A stretch of 64,000 nt of DNA, from assembly GCA_950097015.1 (NCBI GenBank), contig CATNEN010000003.1:11098001-11162000 (forward strand), given 5' to 3'. The position numbers and the translations under genes were made by a program. Below are positions 26,101 through 37,718 of the stretch, in pieces. Within the stretch, counting starts at the first letter, position 1. The number at the start of each line of letters is the position of its first letter. The notes below the pieces were generated by a model that had not been told where the DNA came from, did no database searches, and saw only the letters and a program-made list of their open reading frames with translations. This DNA is from Macrostomum hystrix (taxonomy: Eukaryota > Animalia > Platyhelminthes).

Positions 26101-29100
26101 TATTCACAATGAGTGAAATCAAACAAGAGCTGAGGCCTGACAATCAACTTGTCGATATGGACGTTAGAGCTGACGCCACAGTGTTGGACTGGTACTATCT
26201 GTTGAACATTTCGCATACGGCGCACACTGTTATCTTTCAAGCGACGCCAAACATCACATTTCTTGGCGGCCGCGTGCGACAGTTCAAACCGGGATTCGCG
26301 TTCACAGCTTTGGTATGCAGGAGTCGAAATGCGACACGAAGATCAACATGTTTTTTAATGCAGCCACGTAGCATTGGTTGTCTTCCTACAGCAGTTTTTT
26401 CTAATCTGCTTAACTATTTCAGATTCGAATTTATCAGCCGGATGGTCGTGAACCAAATTTCCCCAATTGGCACGTGAATGTGCAACAGTTCTGTGATACA
26501 AGTAAGCTAGTTAAGTCTGACTTGCAAATTCCAATACCAGATGACTCACTGATTCGCTACTCTATCAAGACTGATAGAAGCTGCATTAACTACCGACTTG
26601 TTGCTGTGCTGCAGTCGTCAGGAAGTTCGCCAGCGCCAACCGCTGAACAACTTGTCTTTCGACACTACTCAGCAACCGGCGCCTACCTCAAGGTGACGAC
26701 GTCAACTAACAGTCCAACCGTAAATAGTTACATGGTATATAACGTTCGGAGCACAGAATATACACCACAGATTCATTATCTAATTGAGGCTGGCGGTAAT
26801 ATCGTAATTAGTAACGTCATCAGTATGCCCAACGGTGTGCTCTCGAAGACCTTCTCCATTGCGTTGTCTCGCGATATGGCTCCGGTGTCTCGTATCGTCG
26901 TTTACTTCATGAAGCAGGACGGCGAGCTGGTCACCGACTCGCTCAGCTTTTTTGTCAGCTTGCCGAACAATGACCCAGTGACTGTGAGACTTACGGAGGG
27001 ATCAGATCTAAGCAGTAACAGCCTAACAGGATGGGTTCACGGAAGACCAGGATCATTTGTACTACTAGCTGCTCTGCCTTACGAATTATATGCTCGATTC
27101 GGTATCCGGTCTATCATGGAGACTAACATGGTAAGCAATGGAACTGATTTAATTTTTTCGTTTAGGTTTAGTACTTCAGGGGTCGGCAACCAATGAGCCG
27201 CGGGCGGATGCGGCGCTCAAAGCCCAAAAAATCCGGCCCCTGGAACCTTTCAACACCTACTTTATCTTGTCTCTTTATCGTTTTTTATCTCTCCCAGTCC
27301 TGTCTAATCTCTCCCGTGTCTCATCTCTCCCGTGTCTCATCTCTCCCGTGTCTCATCTCTCCCGTGTCTCATCTCTCCCGTGTCTCATCTCTCCCACGTC
27401 TCATCTCTCCCGTGCCTTATCTCTCCCGTGTCTAATCTCTCCCGTGTCTCATCTCTCCCGTGTCTCATCTCTACCGTGTCTCCTCCCCGGTGTCACATTT
27501 TTAACGGAGATTTTCTCATTCCACGGGCATCCCCACTATCATATTTTGGATTCTCTCTTTGACCCGCGTGGTAAATAAGGCTGTCAAACCCTTTTTATAA
27601 TAATTTTTCCTCCGTCATATTCCGCAGCTGATGGACGAATTGCGCTCCTACGAGTTCCACGCGGAGCGCCCTCTATCGTATCAGTGGTTCGATGACGACC
27701 GGTCCGACCAGGCTAGCGCCAGATATTACCCGGCTTCAACTGTTGGCCCGGATGCCAACAAAACCATGAACTTCTCCGGCTTAATCATGTTCACCGACGC
27801 AAATTATAGCTCGGTCACATTCTGGCGTAAGTTGCTATAAGACTTACTAGGGAGTCACGAATTCTCGATTGCATAAATCTAGTAAATATTCGAAATTCCA
27901 TTTCAGATACCTGCAACGAAACTTTGAATCCAGATAGGGCATTTCCCTGTTATACAACGCCGGATAGGTGCTACGGGCATCGGCACAGGTGTGACGGAAA
28001 AATCGACTGCGAAACTGGAGTTGACGAGCTCTGCGAAGATAAAATTGAAATTGTCGAATCGCAGCTTCCAGGCAGGGTTACGCCAAGAATTGAGCCGATT
28101 ATACGGCACTTTGTGTTTGACGACAACTGGCTATGGCAGGATCTTTATGTTAGGTAGGAGTATGAGACAATGCGATCTGAGATCTATCTGCACTGATTTT
28201 AAAGCAGATTTTTGTATCAAACATTAGTCAAGGCGGTCGGTGGCAGAGCGATTAACGTGTTTGCCTCTCGCACCAAGGTCCCTAAGTTCGATTCCACGGC
28301 GAGGCCACATTCATTGGGGCGCAGCCGCGGAGAGAAGGCTTTGGGGGGCTTGTCGTGCGATTTACGACCTTGACGGCCAACCTCCAAGGCACAGTGAGAG
28401 TGTGCACTGTCTGAGGATGAGAAAGTCTGGGCAGATATACACACCTGTGTGAGAGCATGCCTGCGTGCAGTACCTGTGTGCGTGTGTGCTCAGGAGTCAG
28501 TGAAATCGGTAGAACTACCTCCTCGCTGGCTGCGGGTCTACTGTCACCAAATGATGTGCCATTGCCCACAGCCCTCCTGCAAATATGCATTATTATTATA
28601 AAACATCAGTCAAGTCTTTAGACGGGTCTGGAATAAATTTTATGAGCCATGGTTCATTGCAGACCAGACGGCATGGCGCCGATAAAACGAGCCAGGGTGC
28701 CCAAGCAGGAGACGGCGTGGGTTATCGGAGCCATTCAGATTGACCCAGTCAACGGAATACAAGTCCAAGATGCGCCAGTTCGTTACACACCCAGCCGCAG
28801 ATTCTACATGGTGCTGGAGGCTCCTAGGCGGCTTGTCTGGGGCGAGTATGTCGGAGTTCGAGTCGCTCTGTTCAATCGAGGCGACTATTGGGCAGAGGTA
28901 GGTTAGTGACGATGATTGGACACTGACGTATCATTTTTTATGTCCACGTTCTTAATTCGCTGATCCTTGAGCAGACAAACGCGCACACACGCCCCAAATT
29001 GTTATAGTATTTAATGTACTGGATGTAATGTAACGGCTATAAGATCGCGTTAACGCTCCACCAGTACTTTAGAAAAATTCGTTGTGTAAAAGACATTTCA

Positions 29101-32100
29101 TGGAAAGCCAGCTCATCATTCAAACAATCTAACTATGCTCTTTGATCCATACAACTCAGGTTCTAGTGGAAATGAAGAAGAGTCCAGATTTTGACTTCAT
29201 CGAGGTTGAAACGACTGGTCGGCAGAGCAGCTATGCTGCGAGAACAATCAGGAACCACAATTCCCATACAATGGTCTACCTACCGGCCGGTAGCACTAAG
29301 ATGGTGTACTTTCCCGTGCTGCCGCGAAAGGTCGGATTAAATCGGGTCACATTTTGTTCCTATGCCTTCTTAGGTGGCGAGTGTTCGTCCGTTACCATCG
29401 AAGTTGAGGTGAGTAATGATGATGCGGTGTAAAGCACAAAAATCTACAAAAAGATACTCATAATTTTTATTTTAGGCTAGTACCTTTGCTCAAGCAGGCA
29501 CACATCTTTAGGCTGGGCGAACCGAAGTAATTAGGAATGCTTGTACATTGCCAACATAGCAGTGGCGTAGCTAGGATTTTTTCTAGGGGGGCGTCTCTCG
29601 TGGGCGCCACAACTAGCGGGCGCCACGACCAGGGGGCGCCCCAACTAGCGGGCGCCACGACCAGGGGGCGCCACAACTAGCGGGCGCCACGACCAGGGGG
29701 CGCCCCAACTAGCGGGCGCCACGACCAGGGGGCGCCACAACTAGCGGGCGCCACGACCAGGGGGCACCACTACCAGAAGGGCGCCACTACCAGGGAACGC
29801 CACTACCAGGGTGGCGCCATAGTTTCGCCAGCCATTGAGGGGGGATCTGTCGCTTCGCTCCGGTAGCATAGTGAGCAGTAGGTCGTAAAACACCAAAGCT
29901 GTCAATTTGCTTCGTCCGCAGATGAACGGCGTAGCCAACACTTATCACACGTCAATACTGGTGGATCTGGTGTCTCAGTCAGAGCTGCTGGCTCAGAATT
30001 TGCGCATCGAACCGGAGCAGGACTTCGTCGAGCCCGAGAAGCGTTGGAGACGATTCATTCCTGGATCGAAGAGCGCGACTGTGACAGTTGTCGGCGACAT
30101 AGTCGGTCCGTCCTTCAGCGCCAGCCTGCCTGCTGGAGATACAGCACGGCTCATCGACAAGCCGCACGGATCAGCAGAGAGTGTGCTGTTCCACATGAAC
30201 TGGAATGTGCAGATGCTGCACTACCTGAGGCTCACGAAGCAACTAAAAGAAGCCACCCTAACCTCGGTACTGAACTTCGTTAATTCTCAATTCTCTCGCC
30301 TGTCATTCTTCATCGATCCCGTCACTCGTGGAGTAACTAATTTTCCTGAAGTTTTCTTTCACGAGACTAGTACATTTCTGACGGCCTATGCCTTGTACAC
30401 GATTGCCGAGACTACGTCTTCGGAATGGGACAAGATAACCAAGATTGAGGACGACGTGTTCGAACGCTTTCTGCTGTTTTTGCAATCGCGTCAGACAAGC
30501 GCGGATGAGCCAGAATTTTTCGGCTCCTTTCTAGACGTAGTCAAGTGGGATCCAAAGTACTTCAACGCGTACGTTCACGATCACAGTGTTAACAACAGCA
30601 ACAGGCAGTATTTGGAGCGAGTTCCACTGACAGCTTTGGCTGTTATTGCGAGCCTTCATCCAAACATTCCATCCGCGTTGGTTAGTTTAGCGAAAGGAAT
30701 AGCCAAATCAGGCCTGGACTACTTGCGCAGACATTTGTCGAAGATGTCTGACGACTCCCTCTGCCTGGCCATGTCGGCATACGCATTCGCCTTTGAAGAC
30801 GAAGGAAATAAGAAGTTCCTGGCCAGGGACATGCTGCTCAGGGTGGCTCGGACTGACAACTACCTGTACTGGGCGGCGCAGCGGGTGTTCCCGGCTGCGA
30901 GGGAGGTTGATTCAGCTGGAAGAACTCTGATCAGGTACGACAATGTAAGGCTCAAAGTCATCGGGGATTTGAGGATTGCCAACATGGATTGGGTGTGGAA
31001 GCGATTTGGAAGGATTTGGAAGCGCCACTAAGGACTTGGAAGTGCCACTAAGCATTTGGAAGCGCCACTAAGGATTTGGAAGCGCCACTAAGGATTTGGA
31101 AGCGATACTAAGGATTTGGAAGCGCCACGAAGGATTAGAATAAAGCGCCACAGGGAACTAGGAAGCGCAATCAGGGAACTAGGAAGCGCCACCAGGGATT
31201 CAGAAGCGCCACCAGGGATTCAGAAGCGCCACCAGGGATTTGGAAGCACCACGAAGGATTAGAAAGCGCCACCGGGGATTCAGAAGCGCCACCAGGGATT
31301 CAGAAGCGCCACCAGGGAACTAGGAAGTGCCACCAGGGATTCAGAAGCGCCACCAGGGAACTAGGAAGCGCCACCAGGGATTCAGAAGCGCCACCAGGGA
31401 TTCAGAAGCGCCACCAGGGATTCAGAAGCGCCACCAGGGATTTGGAAGCACCACGAAGGATAAGAAAGCGCCACCGGGGATTCAGAAGCGCCACCAGGGA
31501 ACTAGGAAGCGCCACCAGGGATTCAGAAGCGCCACCAGGGAACTAGGAAGCGCCACCAGGGATTCAGAAGCGCCACCAGGGAACTAGGAAGCGCCACCAG
31601 GGATTCAGAAGCGCCACCAGGGAACTAGGAAGCGCCACCAGGGATTCAGAAGCGCCACCAGGGAACTAGGAAGCGCCACCAGGGATTCAGAAGCGCCACC
31701 AGGGATTCAGAAGCGCCACCAGGGATTCAGAAGCGCCACCAGGGAACTAGGAAGCGCCACCAGGGATTCAGAAGCGCCACCAGGGAACTAGGAAGCGCCA
31801 CCAGGGATTCAGAAGCGCCACCAGGGATTCAGAAGCGCCACCAGGGATTCAGAAGCGCCACCAGGGATTCAGAAGCGCCACCAGGGATTTGGAAGCACCA
31901 CGAAGGATTAGAAAGCGCTACCGGGGATTCAGAAGCGCCACCAGGGAACTAGGAAGCGCCACCAGGGATTCAGAAGCGCCACCAGGGATTTGGAAGCACC
32001 ACGAAGGATTTGAAAGCGCCACTAAGGATTAGAAAGCGCCACAAGGGATTCAGAAGCGCCACCAGGGATTCAGAAGCGCCACCAGGGATTTGGAAGCACC

Positions 32101-35100
32101 ACGAAGGATTTGGAAGCACCACGAAGGATTAGAAAGCGCCACCAGGGAACTAGGAAGCGCCACCAGGGATTCAGAAGCGCCACCAGGGAACTAGGAAGCG
32201 CCACCAGGGATTCAGAAGCGCCACCAGGGAACTAGGAAGCGCCACCAGGGATTCAGAAGCGCCACCAGGGAACTAGGAAGCGCCACCAGGGATTCAGAAG
32301 CGCCACCAGGGAACTAGGAAGCGCCACCAGGGAACTAGGAAGCGCCACCAGGGATTCAGAAGCGCCACCAGGGATTCAGAAGCGCCACCAGGGATTAGGA
32401 AGCACCACGAAGGATTTGAAAGCGCTGAAATGGGTAGGGTCTTTTGCAAGCGCTGACCTGCACTCATGAGAGAAGATTCCTAGGGCGGGCGACAGAGTCG
32501 ACTTTAATGACCGCTAAGCTACACGCGAGATTTCGCGGAGAGAGAGAGAAGATGAAGGGAGGTTCAGCGGATGCAGGGAGTGGTCCTATCGGCCTCAGGC
32601 TGGCCAGTCCCACTCGTCCCATAGGCCACAGGCGTGACAGCCGTGCCTACCCCAGGCAGTGCTCGAAACCGGCTAAAAGTCTAAGGAGAGGGTCGGACTG
32701 CCCGGAATCGGACAGGACAGGGCTAACTAGTCTACTGCCGTCAGTAGTGCGTGCGCAACTGACTCCTAACCTTGGTAGCGGTGGTCGAATCGGCCTAGGC
32801 TCCTGTCACAGAACTGCGGAAAGGCTATCGGCAAAGCGGTTAGTTGATCGAGGGTAGCGCCACCACCCAATGCGCCTACGTTGCCACCGCAGGCATTTGG
32901 GAACTTGGGTCCCCGGAGTACACAGCTCCTACTTTATCACGCAGATCTAGACAGGCCGAAAATAGGGCATTCTGCAACTTCCGTTTTATACTGGGGTGAG
33001 AGCCCCAGAATGGATCGAGACACGCCTCAAAAGGGGATTTCTGAATTCGCGCTACAGGGGTCTAGAAAGGTGGTACTAAGAACTCGAATGAGAATCCATA
33101 GCCGGAATCCTACTCATGAAACATCAGGCACATTCTTTACATTAGACTGCAGCCTACACATTAAGTAACTAACAAATCCGAATCTGTGTGAGATGAGGAA
33201 AGCAGAGGCTGGAGAGATTAAGCAGAACACTGGCTGAGTGATTACGCAATCGCAAGATTATTAGATCATCACTCTCGCTCCCGTGGCCCCAGTTGCGAGA
33301 GGGGGATTGGGGAAAACACCATTGGAAAGGGAGTTCGACACGTACACCTTGTACCCGCCCGAGAGGAAGAAGGAAAGCCGGCCAAGGATTCCCCCGACCT
33401 CCTGGGAAGAAATGCACGTCCTACACTCCGCATTTTGCTCGCGAATCCCTAGCTCCTTATTACTCTTATGCGCGCTTACAGTTGCCTTCCTGCCGCAGCC
33501 TTCAGCTCGGCCTTGCCAGAGCCCATCCCCAATTAACTAGCCACTCATGATCGAGGGCTGTCTAGCGATAAAATAAAGGTGAAAGAGAGGCATATAGTAA
33601 AAGGATTAAGTTGTTTTTAAACGTAGCCCAATAAGTTAAAAGTGCTGTGAATCAATAGTTTATTAGGCTGAAACAATTCCCTAGCTCCCCTCCCACTAAA
33701 TGCCGCCTGACTAAGAGTAAACTGTCCCTTGAGAGTGACAATAATAAGCCGCTGCGCGGATTACTTATCTGGATCTCGCTTGGCCGCGTGCTGCAGTCCC
33801 GTTGTTCTCGGGGAGAAAGGATGGGGCAAAAACAGCAAGGCAGAGAAGGGAAAACTTCTGCGAGTTGGCAGGGGCCGACACTCTGGGAGCTCAAAGGCTC
33901 AATTTAACGCTCACCTAAAGAGGTGGCTTGCGCTTAGGGGAATGGAGACAGGCAATGGGCCTGTGCTAGCTACGCGGAGCTCAAGGCTCAAGGGTCTAAG
34001 CCCTACGTGGGTCCGGAAAATGAGGCCTGGGTCCGGTGGGAGTCCGGCCCGGCAAAGGCAAGTGGGAAGGTAGGTCCGGAAAAAGGTTGTCCTAGGGGCA
34101 GCGCAGCGCGCTTTCTTAAATAGTCCTGCAGCACGCCAACCCCGACATCCATCAAAACAACCCACATTCGCGCCAGCCTGTCAACGGGGAATCGAAGCGG
34201 CGATGGCCGCCCCGATTACCCAATGAACCGACGGCGGGAAACGACAGATTTTCTGCGCGAACAGCCGTCGGCAGTCGGCCAATGATTGTTACTCCGCCGG
34301 GACAATGGGAAGCGCAGGCGCCGACCTGCCTACAGTGACATTTACATGTATCTAAAAGGAGGGAGGTCATAAAGTCGAGCTGGGCTCGAATACCGTAAAG
34401 AAGTGGGGACATGAAGAATTAATGATCACTCATAATGCCCGAGTGATTCCGGATATCTGATCGCGGTTTAGGGGGGAATTATGACCTAAAAAACTCATAC
34501 AATAAAAGTTATGGCTGCGATCAGTCATTCCTACCGGGGTCTAGACAGATCCAGGGAGAAGGGATTCGACGGCTACTTAATTCACCGCCGCACCAAACCC
34601 GGCCCTAAGATTAATGATCTTGTTTGCGGCCAGCTGCTATGTGGGTCGCAATTATTAGCTACTTAAAAATTTGAAAAATTATGCTGGCTCACATTCCCAC
34701 TCGATTCCCGCAGCACACTCCACATCAGCGCCACTAAGGATTAGAAAGCGCCACAAGGGATTCAGAAGCGCCACCAGGGATTCAGAAGCGCCACCAGGGA
34801 TTTGGAAGCACCACGAAGGATTAGAAAGCGCCACCGGGGATTCAGAAGCGCCACCGCCCCGGGTATTTGAAAGCCCCTCGGGGGATTTAAAAGTTCCACA
34901 GGGGATTAGCAAGACCAACAGAGGATTAAGAAGCGCTAAAAGGGGTTATCAATCGTCACCGAGAATTTGGGGGCATTGTTAAAAATATGTTGCGAATAAT
35001 TCGGCCAACTTCGACCCTCAGCTAGACGGCTCTGCTCGCACATATTTATTTTATGTATGATATGAAGCAAAAAACTGTGAAATAAGTGTATTTCTTATTA

Positions 35101-36460
35101 ATCAAAAGTTTTTTCTCACATGCGACCTAACCATTCTTAAAGAGCTCGAGTTGAGAGACCGAACGATGCGTACGCTGTTCAGGCTACCTCGTTCGCCCTG
35201 CTGGCCTTGCTGAAGTCCGCAGCAACGGGCGGGATGAGCCAGGCGCTGCATGAAAATGTAACCAAAATCGTGAACTTTATTGCCGAGACAAAGAACTCAG
35301 CAAACGGATGGATCTCCACACAGGACACATTGTTCGCAGTTAGAGCTTTACGCGAAGTAGCTCAACGCGATCTAAATCGAGACATCTATCGGCTGAGAGT
35401 CAGTGTCACCCCGACCTCAAACACATCGAAGGCTGCCGCATTTTTACTAAATGGCGAAGACCTGAGCGAATCGCGCAGATTAGTACTAAACAATGACGAC
35501 ACCTGGGGCGAAGTTCAGGTGCACGCCGCTGGAAGCGGTCGCGCCTTACTACAGCTGCACTCGCGCAAATCTGTTGAGAATGCGTTTCAGGTGAAGAATT
35601 CTCCGGAACAGGACAACTGTCCAGATCAGAATTGCGGCACCGAACGGCGAACGTTCGAGCTCACATGTACGCCTACCTTCGGCGGGCGTAATGGCAGTCT
35701 CTTCTTCATGACCGCCTGTGCCAGGTGAGATCGTACCTAGAAGACGTTCGTGTACCGAGCATTTTTACTGACCATCTGCTTCTGGAAAACTTGCAGATGG
35801 ACGTGGACCGAGCGGTCTGAAACCAGTGGTATGGCCCTTCTATCTTTCACATTTCCCACCGGCTACCACTCGAGTAACTACGGACTGCGCAATGTCCTGC
35901 TAGCTCAGAGGACGGCTGTGCCGAATTTGCGACACCTTTGGAACGATGGCACCGCCATCAGTGCCTTCTTTACCAATGTGAGCTAGCTTTACTCCGTAGT
36001 TCTTTTGAAAATCTTGAAAAAGTACATGCCAATATGTCGACGAACGTGTTTTTAGATCTCATCTCGTCAGCCAACCTGTCTGACCATTCGTATACCCAGA
36101 TGGCACCCGGTGGCAAATACTACGCTTGAACAGGCTTGCGAAATCTACGAATATTTTGAAAACGGTGAGCTGAGCCTGATCGATAATTTGACAAGTGATT
36201 TTGCATTTTGAGAATGCACACAACTTTACGCTCTACTACTTTGTTTTTTCTCATCAACAGACAACGGAAACTTCACCATGTACAGCACCAGATCTTTGCA
36301 GGCCAACGACATCTGCCGGGTTTGTGGCTCCTACCAATGTCCTTATTGCATAGATTACAACGGATCACAAAGTCTACAAATAAAAAATTATTACTTGCCA
36401 GCGCTGCTATTACTGACGATTTTAATTGCAGTACGCCTAGCTCCCCTAGCAACCTGTTAG
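23187..36460 (+). CDS. Mcr: Macroglobulin complement-related protein (Mcr/TEP6-like), paralog 2
   Basis: Exons 23187-23359 (signal peptide), 24043-24262, 25385-25996, 26079-26312, 26423-27130, 27628-27826, 27907-28153, 28663-28897, 29160-29408, 29922-30934, 35143-35724, 35797-35977, 36056-36164, 36261-36460. Colinear with paralog 1; same LDLa module, GSAES, GWISTQDT, ICRVCGSYQCPYC and hydrophobic tail. Confidence 0.92.
23428..23709 (-). mobile_element. tRNA-derived SINE family B, copy 2
   Basis: Minus strand gttgtagcctagtggtaagagcg...ggggttcgattccc head, then ttcacccagctgttaaatgggtaccagc; body shared with 17191-17467. Confidence 0.82.
23757..23937. repeat. 42-bp tandem repeat, about 4 imperfect copies
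   Basis: atcaaccctggtttgggtgtgtcagacattgtttcg repeated. Confidence 0.85.
24740..25315. repeat. 20-bp minisatellite (tgatrgcactcctaaatcca)n
   Basis: About 28 units in Mcr-2 intron 2. Confidence 0.96.
27285..27495 (+). repeat. 16-bp minisatellite (tctcatctctcccgtg)n
   Basis: Same family as the 13728 array but the TG variant; Mcr-2 intron 5. Confidence 0.95.
28232..28599 (+). mobile_element. tRNA-derived SINE family A, copy 7
   Basis: Full length, sense orientation: A/B boxes, body, ttattatta tail. Confidence 0.9.
29560..29820. mobile_element. Probable hAT-like non-autonomous element end with an internal 32-bp (2x16) GC-rich tandem repeat
   Basis: Starts cagtggcgtagctaggatttt, a typical hAT-like MITE terminus, then (gggcgccacaactagcgggcgccacgaccagg)x~5; no right TIR found. 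Confidence 0.55.
30995..32425. repeat. 20-bp minisatellite (gggattcagaagcgccacca)n, left part
   Basis: About 70 units with alternating variants; resumes at 34728 after the LTR. Confidence 0.96.
32426..34727 (-). mobile_element. Solo LTR (2302 bp), probably Ty3/gypsy
   Basis: Interrupts a satellite unit; TG...CA ends with imperfect IR (TGAAATGG / CCACATCA); 4-bp GCGC TSD (32422-25, 34728-31); minus-strand TATTTAAG at ~34120 and AATAAA at ~33665; no retroelement ORF. Confidence 0.75.
34728..34960. repeat. 20-bp minisatellite, right part (decaying)
   Basis: Continuation of the 30995 array after the insertion. Confidence 0.9.
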
Positions 36461-37091
36461 TGTACATTTTTCATGATAGATTGTAGACAACATTAACAAA
36501 ACTGGCCATACTGCTTATAGAAAAGTATCTTAAAACATGTGTTTGCTGGCATTTTTCTTTAATTTAGCTATTTCATTTAAAAACAAGATAGTTTTTTCGA
36601 ATTATTATAAGATAACGGCAATTACGAGCTACTTTTTTAAATGCCCTAATACCAGTAGTTTTAATGCAGTGAAACTAACATTTTTTCTAATTATCTACGT
36701 TATCTACGTGTTTCTGCTTTGCATCTAATACACCCATGAAACGCCATCATTGAATGTACACATTCCTATCGCATCAAACTGTTTATCGATCCTATCCTGT
36801 TCAAATAATTCTTTCTTGCGTGACTGCCAAAAAGTAAAAAATTTTGAAATTCAAGATAATTTTAACAAAGGCTTGATATTTTAATTGAGATCAAGAGTAT
36901 TTTAGCAAAACTGAATTTAGTATATATCTATTATATTAACTGCTTATTACTCTAAAAACTTCTGATTTATAATACGGAGAAAAATGCAACAAACAATAAA
37001 ATACAAAACTGGCAAAAAAAAACCAACAATGGCGACCATTTTTCCTGGCCAAAAAAGCAATGACGTCATCGAAGTGGACGTCCTACGGGTT

Positions 37092-37718
37092 CTAGGGAAG
37101 ACTACTGCAGACCAGCAAGTCCATAATGAAGAACTCGGTGGTTGTCGATACTACCAGTCGAAAACCGTCGTTGTTTTCGTAGCAATCACCTTGAACGAAT
37201 TCGACGCTCCAATTACCGTTGACAGCCGACGAGGGCGACAACGGCAGAACACTCAGAGCCAGCAGTAGGCGGCTGAATGCGCTCTGCAATTCGGCAAGCG
37301 GCCAGTCCGCCAAGCCGGTGACATCGACGCTGAATGACGCATCGGAATGCGGATGCAGGCGCAGTCTCAGGCGATGCCGGCTGCCTAGAAAGATGTCAAC
37401 AGCGTCAACATGACGAGCGTCAGCTTCGAAGGCTGTGGCCAATTGGCCAACGTAATTTACAACGCCGGCGTCGACGCATCGGTACAGAGGCGCAGAGGCT
37501 TCGTAGACAACTCGGCGGACGAATGCGCCAGCGGGATAGGCGCCAGTCAGGCGGAGGGCCTGATGTAGGAATACTTCGAGAAACTCTGCGACCAGAGTGG
37601 CCGGAGTGATGCTAGCAACGACGGGCGCAGATGTGGACGAGGAGCTGCGGGAAGAGACGGAGCTGTGCCCGTCTTCTTCGCAATAACTTGCCTCGAGATT
37701 GTGGGAATGCGGGGACGA
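37092..37718 (-). CDS. MAD2L2: HORMA-domain protein, divergent REV7/MAD2L2-like (208 codons, no internal initiator)
   Basis: The frame extends 92 codons upstream of the listed ORF to an acceptor ggacttttcag|. It contains LVAEFLEVFLHQALRLTGAYPAGAFVRRVVY..LYRCVDAGVVNYV (compare REV7 [22 protein letters not shown]..Y), LQSAFSRLLLALSVL and terminal STTTEFFIMDLLV. Confidence 0.78.
   Translation of the reverse strand, partial: SSPHSHNLEASYCEEDGHSSVSSRSSSSTSAPVVASITPATLVAEFLEVFLHQALRLTGAYPAGAFVRRVVYEASAPLYRCVDAGVVNYVGQLATAFEADARHVDAVDIFLGSRHRLRLRLHPHSDASFSVDVTGLADWPLAELQSAFSRLLLALSVLPLSPSSAVNGNWSVEFVQGDCYENNDGFRLVVSTTTEFFIMDLLVCSSLP

Noticed and set aside
33990-34005. AGGGTCTAAGCCCT resembles the twister ribozyme L4/P4
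   Set aside because: The loop is too short and the other twister elements are absent; it is a simple hairpin.
32444-34412. Short ORFs inside the 2.3-kb insert
   Set aside because: No gag, RT, integrase or other motifs; consistent with chance ORFs in GC-richer LTR DNA.
12841-36460. Mcr duplication as an assembly or haplotype artefact; annotation as CD109/C3
   Set aside because: The paralogs are strongly diverged with unrelated introns; the missing GCGEQ plus LDLa and the CxVCGSxQCPYC end fit Mcr.
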